Positions 1 to 10,945 of a stretch of 64,000 nucleotides of DNA are shown piece by piece. Below the pieces are notes generated by a model. The model was not told the origin of the DNA and made no database searches. It was given only the letters and a program-made list of their open reading frames with translations. Positions within the stretch are counted from its first letter, which is position 1, and every line of letters begins with the position of its first letter. The position numbers and the translations under genes were made by a program. This DNA comes from Lophium mytilinum (taxonomy: Eukaryota), in contig MU004188.1 in the NCBI GenBank assembly GCA_010093605.1, positions 437,673-501,672 on the forward strand, in the 5' to 3' direction.

Positions 1-153
1 ACAGGCGACGGCGGTGATCTGCTTTCTCTTGTGCGGTTTCTGCTTGGAGGCGGCGCGGGCCTCGGTCTGCTTCCACGACCCGGATCTGCTTCCCCTGGCG
101 GGCTCTGGCGGGGCTGGCAGAATTGGGCTGTCGGCGAGGCTGCGGTAGCTCAT
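1..153 (-). CDS. 5' end of a probable Zn(II)2Cys6 transcription factor, running off the left edge
   Basis: ATG at 153 in CCACCATG context. The frame is open to position 1: MSYRSLADSPILPAPPE...KPHKRKQITAVAC. A basic patch followed by AC is the usual lead-in to the first Cys of a fungal binuclear cluster; only that first Cys is in the window. Confidence 0.6.
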   Translation of the reverse strand, partial: MSYRSLADSPILPAPPEPARGSRSGSWKQTEARAASKQKPHKRKQITAVAC

Positions 154-3100
154 GGTGGCCGGACTGGAGCAGCGCCAGGGTCAGAGAGGGGAGTGGTGGT
201 AACAAAACGGGCGGCGTGCTCCAGGTTTGACGAGCGCAGAATTGGGAATCGGGCAGTGTTGCACAAGAGTTGGTCGCGGCGGGGCGATTGTTGAAGTGAG
301 TGTCCCCAACAAGGCGGTTCGTTGAGGTAGAAAACGTGGCGGCGACGATGTTGATACTCGACACAAGCCGTAGGCACACACATACTCGGAATCAGAGCGG
401 ACCAACAGTGTAACGGGCCGGCGTCTTTGCGGGTCTGTCTGCGGGTCTGCAGGCACGCTCTAGGGAGCCCTCTGGGTGCTAGACGGCGGGCGAGGGCAGC
501 GGGGGGTTGCAAGCGCATAGTGGGAGCTGCGCGTGTGCTGGGCATATATGCGCTCTGGGCTGGGGCGAGGCGGAGAGCCTGCGGACGGCACCGTAGGTAC
601 CTAGGTAGGTGGCTCAGGCAGGTGGCATGCTGGGGGAAAGGAGGAGGTGCCCAGGTGGCGGCTCGACACAGGCCGGGCTGTATTATTTTGCGTCCGTCTA
701 GGTACGTCGTTGTCGCGGCCGAGGAGCATCGCACTGACACTGGCAGACTGGCAGGTAAGCTCCCTGACCTCCTACGACTGCCGGCGATGCAATATTTGCA
801 ATTCTCGATTTCGCCGTCGTCCACGCCGGCCCTGTGTCCGTCGCCGCCGAAGTCCCCGTCTGTCTCCAGGCCTTTCTGATATCACTGTGCCGCCTTAATG
901 GTCCCCTGCCCCCCTTCGCCTTGCACACCCACCCAGGCGCCCTGTCCGCGCTCTCATTCCTTAAGCTGTTTGCCGTTAGCCGGGGCTAGGTTGACGCAAG
1001 CTCCGCACCAATGAAGGGCCATAGTGGTGCGCTCCAAGTCCTCCACCCGCATCTTCTACGTCCGCCCCGACACCGCGCCGGGATGAAGCTCCTGCCCAGC
1101 CCGTATCAAAGCTCCCTCGGGAACCCAGCAGTGACGACAGCCGTTCTTATAGCGCGCCCGCAGCCCGCTGTCACTGGTTCGGCGTCGAATGCCGCACCTA
1201 TCTAGCCACACTGACACCCTGTCCAGCCCCTAGCACACACACCATCCGCGGGATATACACATTCTGACGCTCGCTCCCGCCTAGTTGCACTAGCATACAA
1301 GTACTCGTACGCCCCATTATCCCAGCGCCTCTGTCTCGAATTTCGTCGTGTTGCCTTGCACGCATACAGGAAGTAAGAAGCATTTGCTCATGACTAGACC
1401 TCTTCTCTCCTCTTTCTCGGAGTTGGCCCGACCCCAATCCCCCTCGTCGCAAGAGTCCACCGTCCTTCTACCTTGCGTCGAATCTTCCGCGGAAATCTGC
1501 TGTGCTGCTTAGGCGGAATGAACACAATGATGAGCAGCGGCCGTCGGTTTCGCCCATCATTCCACCTCTTTATCTCGGAGTACGCCCGAGCCCAATCATT
1601 CCGATGCCCTCCTCCGCCGTCTGCAACCTGTAAGCCGAGATCCATCGGGCATTGGGGTGCCTTTGATCCTGTGTGACAAGTCACACGCCGCGATACCCTG
1701 AGGCTCCCGCCGCGCGCCAAATATCTCGGCCTGGTTCTGGTTTGGGTTCGTGTACCCTGGAGTGCCAGGGGAGCGGTCCACCGACATCACTACTTGACGG
1801 GAGTGGGCAAGAAAAGGTGCAGATCCAACCGCCGTCCCCTTTGCCACCGCAATTGTAGCTGCATCCGGCTCTTTTGCGACACCAAGGGTGCGCCTGACAA
1901 TCGAGCTGCATGGATACTGCACTTCGTCGATGGAAAGGGGAGGTCGATATGAGCAATCGATTCACGCCTAGATTCACGGGCCGTTGATGAACTGCCATCT
2001 CAGCCCATCTGTCGGAATCTCGGCATGGCTATCCCTTCTCACGCCTTGCATCGTCAAGCCTCGTGTTTCTCCGCACCACTCCACCATCAAGCCCAGCCGT
2101 CACCGTACAGGATCCGCCGTCGATGTCGATCTTCTTGGAGAGCGTGGGGTAAAAGCCTTGCGAAGCACAAAGGGTGGGGTAGTAGCATGATACCTGGACG
2201 CGTGGATCTGAAACTAATCAGAAGAAGAGCAAGTAACAAGGGCTCAATCCTCCCAGCATTTAGGCCCGACACGAGGTATGCCAGCAGCTGATTTGTGCAT
2301 AGGCTAGCAAGTAATCCAACGACTTCTCATTCGGGTCATGTCATTCTCAGTCCACGACCTTCAGAAACCACCGAACAATTGCTGGATCCAGAGCCTATCT
2401 ACCCCTCATATTCCGTCTAGGCCCGTACGACCACGCCATCCATCACTCTTTTAAAACCCAAACCCCCATCCAGGTAGCTTATCGTACCTCTTTTAGTCGC
2501 CTTCTCCAATCATTCATCCGCCTTACGCATATCGGCTAAACTCTCCCGCTGCCCTGTTCCATACACTTATCCAGGAAGCCCTCCGAATCCAAGTCCTGGA
2601 CCTGCAGCTATACCAAACAGCTACCGCAGCACTAGACCACGCGGGTGAGACTCGTTATGCCGCATTCGCGTGTATGGATCTCGATTCCCGAAGCCACCCA
2701 CGATAGCCGCGCATAGACATGCGTCAGCATCGGCGCGTGCCGAGGGATCTCTGCGCGAAGTTCCAGAACCCCCTCCCTAGCTGCAGGAACATACCGGTGC
2801 ATACTCTCGAGACGAGGTTGCCAAAAAGCTGAGAGTAAGAAAGGGCCAGGCCACATGCTCGGAGTGAAGCCGGCGTCCCTCTAGTCCTTGGAACATGACT
2901 CGGTTCTTCGACGGCAGTTCGATTAATTGACGCTCAGTCGAACTGACGATTCGATGGTAGGCTTCAGGTATACAATTACAGCGCTGGTGAGAACTGGTTA
3001 TGGTGACAAACTCCCAACATGCCCAGACGTGGTTGGGCCCAGCACGTTGTCGTCACTGGTCGCTTATAAGCTTCACGAACTTGTCCCCGCAAGAAGCCAT

Positions 3101-5010
3101 GCGAATCAGAAAGTGGATGCCGCGTTCACCGGAAAGTCATAAGCCGTGGCTCCCGCGTTGATGCGTTCGGGATCGACGATGGAGCTAGCAGTCTAGAACA
3201 ACCGCCCTACCAAGCTGCCAAGTTCAAAACATCTAGTTCTTAACTTAGAAACTCATTTAGTGCCAGCTCTTCCCGAAAGAGCGTTCTACCCTGTCCCCCC
3301 CTGACGAAGCGTTGGGGCTCGTCTAGACTCGGGGTAATCGCGTGACTAAACTCGACCGAGTTATGAGTATACTGTAAGATCAAAGCGGTAGGAAAATACT
3401 AGAATCTACGACTATCTATAGATTAGAATCATATACGTATTACCCTCTACTTAAATATAACCATTAAACCATTAATCATCTCGAAGCCTGTGCTAACCTC
3501 AATTGATCATGTCAGTGTTGTTCGCGAATCAATCGGCCCCTTAATCACGTGATCTAATTCATCGTCGGGCTTCTCAGTCTTTTAACGCTGATTTTTATTC
3601 TCTAAAAATAAGAGACTTGAGTGTTATGTCCCCAACGCACAGCTTATATACACACATACATCTCTACGTCTTTCTGAGTCCCGTTCAAATAAGCGGTGCT
3701 TGCAGGGTGCTTCACAAACCCTGGTACCTTTCTTGCATCTGCCGCCCGCAATTCAGCTCACAGATGCATTCTGCCTTCCACACTTCTGGGCAGGATAGGT
3801 GAGGTCTGCTAAATGTCGTTCGTGAACGGTCGACATTTGAAGCGCTTCGCCTTCTACACTACGAAAACCACGCGCTAAGCGCTACTACTGCGTCACAGCG
3901 AGGCACGCGAAATGTCGACCATCGGCTGTGGACATCAGAGCGCTCTGCCTTTAACACTTTTCGTGTGCATATCATGCAAGACCTACTCTTTTGAGCACCA
4001 AACACCATTATTAGCTCAAAAGCCGAATCGCGCACCCACCAAACCACCCTACCCCCAGTATTGCCAGGCCTCTACGAAATGAAATGTCGTTGCCTCCACC
4101 ACCGACATCCGCGCCTCCGCGCTCCACACCCGCGCCCGAGGCACACAGCCAAGACCTACCGCTTCCATCCAACCATACCTAAGCCCCAGCTCTCCACCAA
4201 TCTCCCGCACCCGCCACAGCAACTACTCCATCAACCATCAGAGCGCTCTGCCCTCCACACTTCCCTTCTACAATAAAGAGCAGAGCCAAGACCTACCTCT
4301 TCCATCCCATACTCCCTTCTTTCACGCGACCCGGATTTCCGAAAAGGGCCCGCGACGGCCGCGAGAGGTGCGCGACGCTGATCTGGCTTCCACACTCCAG
4401 CGCGCGCCCCCAGCGTGCGGGTGTGGGTGCCAAGAGTTACTTTGTTGGTTTTCGTGTGGCGCGCGCGGGATGGGACGGATGCGGACGCGAGAACGGGATG
4501 GGAGTGGGGTAGAGCGGATGGGGGATGGCGTGGGGTGCGTGTGTGGGGTGGCACGTGATGGGGGTGGTGGCGTTTTCTTGATATAAAGGGTTGGGGAGGG
4601 GGAGGAGGTGGGTAGGTTTGGAGCGAGATTGATGAGGGCACAGGTGGGGAAAGGAGAGTTGAGTAGACGGAAGAGGGGGTGGTTGGAGTAGAACTAAAGA
4701 GGGCTTTGGGGTTTAGGTGGTCTATATACGGAAAGTATTCGGCGACTTTTAGGTGGTTAATTGTAGAGCGGAGTGCTTGTGATTATTGGATTGATAGATA
4801 CTAGTAGGTGAGCAACTCTTTTCGCCTTGTGCCAATGCGAGTATGTATATGTAAGTCAATCGAAGCCCATTTGGCATCTTACCCATTCCTATATATTGGT
4901 TCCTGCTGATATTCATGCGTATTTATAGGCCTACTTTACATAGACATACCTGCTTCCATATTGACTAAGATGGTACATAGATTTCAGCTTCAATCTAGAT
5001 TATTGATTTA

Positions 5011-5613
5011 CTAAGCCAATTCTTCATCGTCATCTGAATAAGCGAAGCAGCTAACCGACTCACCTTCGGGCTCCAGGTCATCATCAGCCTCATATCCAGA
5101 CTCCAGGTCGTCAAACTCATCTGTAGGATCTAGACAATTGGACTTATCTCCAGCATCGAGGCCCTCAGATGCTTCTCCGAGCGTGGTCTTGTTATGTTCC
5201 TCTTCAAGCCCAGGGTCTCTATCAGTCTTGGGTAGCATGGCGCCAGGGACTGGGATGATGGTCCTGCTTTCATCTTGATCGGCATTGCGTTTAAATGCAT
5301 CTTGCATTTCGGCGTCCGATGCTTCTTCCATTTACTCATCATTCTCAAGGCCGCAGCATTTCATCCCATTCAGGAAGCCGGGCATATCATTACCATCTTC
5401 AACAAAGCCCTCTTTGTTGCGCACGTCAGCTGACTTCATGAGTTTAGCATATATAAAGTTCCTAGTTTTGCCAAGCAGACTACCGAAGAACGGTCTCTGA
5501 TTGAAATCCATGCTTGGAGCTATGGAAGTCGTGGAGTCGTCTTCCACCCTTGAAATTTTCGACTTCTTTGAGATATTCTCAAGTTCGGACTCCAGTGGAC
5601 GCTTAAGTGCCAT
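5011..5613 (-). pseudogene. Decayed, internally deleted paralog of the adjacent F-box-like/chromodomain gene
   Basis: ORFs 5332..5760 and 5011..5331 share a frame and are separated by one TAA (5332-5334). Matching segments with the 6006..7784 protein: KRPLE..SKK vs KRPAE..SKK, RPFFGSLLGKTRNFIY vs NPFLLALSGETRNQIY, LDPTDEF vs LDPTEEF. No chromodomain. Confidence 0.6.
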
Positions 5614-6005
5614 CGCCACGGAATTGCTGATATGGATGCAGAGGAGTTGAAGATGTCGGGGTGAAGGTGTAGGACGTGCTTTTTGCACAGTGAACCCTCT
5701 AGGGTGAGTGCCGGCAGAAATGGTGGGTGTTGAGTAGAGCGGATGTGAGTTGAAAAGCACGCTGGAGAAATTCCGAGGCTACATATTAACAGCGATTGCA
5801 GTCGGACACCACGCTTTCACATACCGGCCAGTGCGCTATCACGAGGGGCACGACACGACGTCTATGACAGTTGGTAGCTGATACGGACGACCCTACATAA
5901 TTCTTACCTCAATACAACAATATCCTCTTTCCATCAAAAAATCATCCTCCACGGGACGACAACTCGTCACGCAGAGCCAGTATATGAAGCAGCCATAGCG
6001 GCAGC

Positions 6006-7784
6006 TTACACTACTCCTCCTCGTACACGGCCGGCCTCGAATTTGGCCACGATGTCCGGTACGTCCTCTCGTAGCTGCTTGACAGGTTCCTGCGATGTCT
6101 CGTCGTAGCCCTTCCATTTCACCTCGTACTTGTCTCCTCCCTTTGTCTTTATGCGGCGCAAAATCTTGTCCACTATCCATTTCTCGATCCCTTCCTCAAT
6201 GATTGGTGGTGGTGGAGTGTGAGAGTCAGACGACTCCTCGGAATCAGACTCTTCAGCTTCGGAATAGTGAGATTCTTCGGGACCAAGATCTACATCTTTA
6301 GGACACTTGAACTCTTCCGTAGGATCAAGATCTTCGTCTTCGGAATAGTCAGACTCCTCAAAAGAAGAAAAATCTTCATCTTCTTCTGTCCCTTCTTCCG
6401 CAGAGCCTGGCACCTCGTCGTGCCCCATTTCCCAGAGTTCGTAATCAAGTTCCCCATCGTCCTTCCTCGTGTCTTCAAGATGGCCCATCCAGCGGATCAC
6501 AACTTTGCAAGTCGGCGGAAAACGATCTCGGAGAAATTGACGAACGGCTTCCAATATCTTCTTGGGTCGATCGCCACTAAGCGCGAACTTCATGAACCGC
6601 AAGTCCCGCCCTTCGTGCGGAGGCGGCAGCACTTCAAACATATTGTGGCTATATTTCGTACTATCCTTCCGATTCATTTCCGATCTAAAGTTGATCTGGA
6701 GATAGCGTAGATGCTCCAGATTCTTCAGTCTCAGGAGGTCATACATTCCCGGAACGCTCAACTCCTTGCCGCGCAAGAGGAAGTCTTTCAGTGCGGGTTG
6801 CTCTGCGGCGAACATGTCCGTGAAGCTAAGCACCAATCTAAGCTGTTCCAACCTCTCGCATTCCTCGAGCAGTTGCAGTGAATGGATGAGCCGCTGCCCG
6901 GATAATGTCATGCGAGTGTTCCAGTCGAGTATACAGCCATTCTCTGTAAGGGGGATATCGGCATAATGACCATGGAGGATAAGGCGCTTCATGACCATTC
7001 GAGCTTCTAGTCCCGCAGCCTCTAAGAACCGGATCCATTGCAAATAGGCATGCTCAACATTTTCCTCATCAACGTGCACCCAGAACTCATTGTTTGCGTA
7101 AAAGAACGTGCGAGCTTCGTGGGAGATTTGGGGAACCCCAACCTGCATGATGTCCTTCAGGTTATCAACGCATTCGGCCCCTTCGGAACCGTTACTGAAG
7201 TCGAAGAGCATCATGAAGGTTTCTCCTTCGTCCCTCAGGTCATCATCTTCAGGCCTGAAATAGGAGATTGTGGTACCGCCTTCTTCGAGCGGTTCATGCC
7301 ACACTTGTGGGTCGGGCCGGGAGGCGAGTGAGTTCCAAAACGCTCGATCGGCCGCTGTTGCAGAGTCGTCGAGCAGTGGTATTGGCGGCAGCGGCAGGGA
7401 GCCGTTGTATGGGCCAACATCTAATTCTGATGCTAGCAGGAAGCTCTCGGAGTCGTTGTTGGCGAAGTCGACCTCGAGCTGGCAATTACCCTTGAGAAGC
7501 TCCCCGTAGATTTGGTTGCGAGTCTCCCCGGATAGGGCTAAAAGAAAGGGATTGCGAACAATATGTATACTCGTAGTCCCAAGAGTCGTTGCCTCGGTTG
7601 TAGTTTCAGGAGTCATCGCTTTGGCTGCAGTGTCCGGCTCCGAACGACGCAGTTTCTTGGATTGATGCTCGGAGTCAATGTTCACGGTGTCTGGTTCTGG
7701 CTCTGCTGGTCGCTTTGGTAGCGGCGCCGCAGATGAGGTGGACGCGGAGGCCCGGCGATTGTGAGAACGTGTAAGTGGTGCCAT
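6006..7784 (-). CDS. F-box-like protein with acidic linker and C-terminal chromodomain (592 aa)
   Basis: Intronless ORF with an N-terminal basic NLS-like region, an F-box-like helix (FLLALSGETRNQIYGELL) and an E/D/S-rich tract. C-terminus WIVDKILRRIKTKGGDKYEVKWKGYDETSQEPVKQLREDVPDIVAKFE matches the chromodomain pattern. Confidence 0.85.
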   Translation of the reverse strand: MAPLTRSHNRRASASTSSAAPLPKRPAEPEPDTVNIDSEHQSKKLRRSEPDTAAKAMTPETTTEATTLGTTSIHIVRNPFLLALSGETRNQIYGELLKGNCQLEVDFANNDSESFLLASELDVGPYNGSLPLPPIPLLDDSATAADRAFWNSLASRPDPQVWHEPLEEGGTTISYFRPEDDDLRDEGETFMMLFDFSNGSEGAECVDNLKDIMQVGVPQISHEARTFFYANNEFWVHVDEENVEHAYLQWIRFLEAAGLEARMVMKRLILHGHYADIPLTENGCILDWNTRMTLSGQRLIHSLQLLEECERLEQLRLVLSFTDMFAAEQPALKDFLLRGKELSVPGMYDLLRLKNLEHLRYLQINFRSEMNRKDSTKYSHNMFEVLPPPHEGRDLRFMKFALSGDRPKKILEAVRQFLRDRFPPTCKVVIRWMGHLEDTRKDDGELDYELWEMGHDEVPGSAEEGTEEDEDFSSFEESDYSEDEDLDPTEEFKCPKDVDLGPEESHYSEAEESDSEESSDSHTPPPPIIEEGIEKWIVDKILRRIKTKGGDKYEVKWKGYDETSQEPVKQLREDVPDIVAKFEAGRVRGGVV

Positions 7785-8124
7785 GTTTGTGGTGGGTAGT
7801 GTGGATATGAGAAGCGCAATCTTCCGAGGATTCTAATATATATATTTTCCTGAATCTGGCAAGTGAACGTGCTTTCGTTTCACCGGTAGCGTACTGTAGC
7901 AGGACACGCCGTAATAACCGTTATGACTGTCTTATAATTCACCGTACGATTTCACAGTACGTCACACTTCGAGCTAGTCTAAAGGCTTACACGGTTTTCT
8001 TTAGCGAAGTAAAGGTGGAGGTCGAACAGTGTTGGCCTTGTAATCTGCTATGCTAGAGGTTCGTGAGATTTCGTATAATGATGGAGAGATGGTTAGCTAC
8101 ATAGCGGCGTACTGGTTCATACTG

Positions 8125-8200
8125 AAGAACCAAGAGAACAAAGGAACAAAGAAACAAAGAACCAAATAGAACCAGAAACCGAAGAGAACAAAAGAACAGG
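8125..8200. repeat. Degenerate purine-rich ~8-mer (GAACAAAG-like) tandem repeat
   Basis: gaagaaccaagagaacaaaggaacaaagaaacaaagaaccaaatagaaccagaaaccgaagagaacaaaagaacagg. Confidence 0.6.
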
Positions 8201-8502
8201 ATTATGCAGACAATCATGAACGTGTAGCCTAGACACTTTAAGCTTCATAGAATAGAAAGAAATAACCTTTCTATCAGATTTTACTGCTGTCGGGCAGCCG
8301 ACGGACTGACTTATAAGCTCAGATCATTATTGGCCAGGTTACATCACACGCCTTAGGAGGCGTTATAAGGAAAAGAGGATTGTTTTATGTTCTGACTCCT
8401 AGGCAAGGCCGAGGTAAGTTCTGAGAGGATCTTCTCTTACCATCCGCGGTGTCCCAAAGTATGTACATACTTTTTAATATGTTGCTATCTGAAGTTGGGA
8501 AC

Positions 8503-10431
8503 TTATTTCACCCGTTCTCCGATACTTGAGTCCTTTACCATAGCGGCATCGAGTGTTTCGGAGAAGATGTATTTCCTCCTGAAACAAACATGGCTAAACG
8601 CCAGAAGCCCACAAGCCGACCACCGTATATAGCTCACGCTTCGAAAGTGGTGTTGGCCGGCAAGATAAAGGTAGGCGAAAGCTTGCAGGAACTTTGGAAG
8701 CAGAAGCTCAACCGGAATTTGCCTCGCGGATCCCACAGTTTCAGGAGTTGCTAGATGCCTGCCCATCAAGCTTTCCCCCTCTTCGTCATGACTACGTCAA
8801 GTCAGAATAGCTGGTATGCAACAATCTTTAAAGCGCAAACTTACTTATGCTCTGGGAACCATCGCAACTAGGAATCAGTTGACTCAGCCAAACGCGTCAG
8901 ATCCCAGTGCTCGTCTCCCGAGTATTCCAGGTTAGCATCCGCCGTACTTGCTTGAAGAACGTTTAGCTCCCGAGAATACGAGTGACTCTTCACAGGGTTC
9001 CAGATAGCATGTTTCTTTGAGATGAGATCCTCGGATACCACGTACTCGCTTTTGAAGAAGCAGTCCTTGGAGAAGCGGGGCCGGTCTCCCACATTCAGAG
9101 TGATCATTACACTACGGAGGTTGCTCCTCTTACGATTTCTCATCCGGCTCATTATGACCTCAAAGATCATCCAGACAGCGTCAAACCCGGGGACTCCTTT
9201 TAGCTCCAGCTGATGTAGCTTGTCGTGGCCAGAAACATCAACCCATCTGCAACTTTGGAGGTTGATAGTCAAGTTCCGGAGATCAGGCATCTGGAATACA
9301 TGATTGAGCACGTTCACCCAATATGCGAAAAGGTAGTGCTTTGCGTTCGGTTCTTCATCCTCGTTTGTGCAGCGCACTGTCGCGTATTTCGTGAGATGTT
9401 GCGGGTCAAAATTGTCGATGTAGTTGTAGCAACGAGGTTTGCTATTCTGAGGTATCAAGGGCAACGTGAAGAAGAAATACATTTCGAACACTTGAATCTT
9501 GGAGAGCTGATAGCTGTTTAGCGGAAGGGTCCTGTGAAGGTTCTTGAGGGGAAATGTGAGGTTGGATGGCTCCCACCATGTGAACCTGTTGCAAGCGTAG
9601 AGCATTTCTCTAGCTTCGAGCCTGACTTGTTTAGTGACACGCAGAAGACTCCAATCCCTACCGGCGGCCTTGTAGAGAATTCTCCGTTCGTTATCATCCT
9701 CATCCTCATCATCCTTATAAGTGGGATAGAGGCTCACATATATCTCGCACGAGCTCATGACTGGAGCGTATATCTTGTCGCGTAGCTCTCGAGGCAGACT
9801 CAAGAAATTCGTTTCCATGCCGGTGACGAGGCTGCGATGAACTTTGGCTTCCGAGACTTCTACCTCGCCCACAAGCTGTTTGAGCTTCATGGCGAAGGCT
9901 TTCCGGTCCTTGATGGTCCCGGGTTTGAGGGAACGAATCGCCATATTGCGCGCCTCGGTCAGCAAGTCGATGAGCTGCCATTGATCCTCCGTGCCTTCAC
10001 TCCGATCGTAGCTGTCAGAGATCTGTTTACTGTTAGTGCTGTAATGATTGTGTACCGTCACACTCGCATACTGTTCTTCCACCGCTTGTAGTGTCTCATT
10101 TATTTCAGATGCCCGGGCCAGACGGATGTCTCGCCTTTTGAGTCACTAGTGAGTTGTTTGGGCTGCCCCGAACAGCGACAGAGGACTTTATACGGGCTTG
10201 GGAGTGTGCTCCGTTGCCCCTCTTCTGAAATAACATGAGACACCACAAGCGGCGGCAAGGAAGCGTGCGGAGCTCTACGACAGAGCATTGTATTCAGGAC
10301 GGATATAGGCTTACATCTTCCATCAGATTGGGTGGGGCCGCTGAACTGGTGACTTCATTTTTGTGACCGTTGTCGTCGGACGAGGACGAGATCTCGCTGT
10401 AGCGACGTCGCTTGGTGGACGGCTCATCCAT
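8503..10431 (-). CDS. F-box-like family A paralog 1, with an in-frame TAG at 8868-8870 (truncated allele or pseudogene)
   Basis: Main ORF 8868..10082 carries ETNFLSLPRELRDKIY. Probable first exon starts at ATG 10431 (MDEPSTKRRR...) with a GTAAGC donor; the 5' exon structure is unresolved. A downstream 53-nt intron (8844-8792) joins in frame to ORF 8503..8769. Confidence 0.7.
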
Positions 10432-10945
10432 ATCCCCGACCAGTGGCACCGGGTTGTTCCTCCTAGGGAGAAGGCGGAAAAGCTGCTGAGTGAAGGATGG
10501 GCTCCGTGTTCTGATTTCTGTGGTTGAAAGGAGATGATTGAAAGTGATACTAGGCCCGCTTGGGTGAAGAGCAAGCTCGCTGTGGAATAGGCAGCAGTAA
10601 AGCACAGCCCTTTCATGGTCACAAAGAGTGACATCGCTTCACTTGGCAAACTCGGCCCGGGACTTATATATCCGATGTTTAAGAAGCAATGATGGCATTC
10701 GGGGAATTGATTGGAAAAGGGGAAGAAGAAAAGAGAAATACTACCCCATTCTCGCTCCACACTAAGGGTAAAACCCTTAGGAATGTTGGAATGTAAAGCC
10801 TCAAACGACATCAGATGAGACAAACCCATCTGTAGTCTATATCATATCAGATCAATCAACCTCCTCCTAAGCGAGGATATAGGTTTCCGTATTTCAACAG
10901 GGAACTCCCAACTGACTGCTGCCATTGTAAATGAATTCCTTATTT

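Noticed and set aside
150..3200. Numerous 60-224 aa ORFs
   Set aside because: GC-rich overlapping frames with no recognisable motif or consistent splice structure; probably the upstream region of the Zn-cluster gene.
3230..3480. TpA-rich patch as a RIPed repeat
   Set aside because: Too short, with no termini or coding relic.
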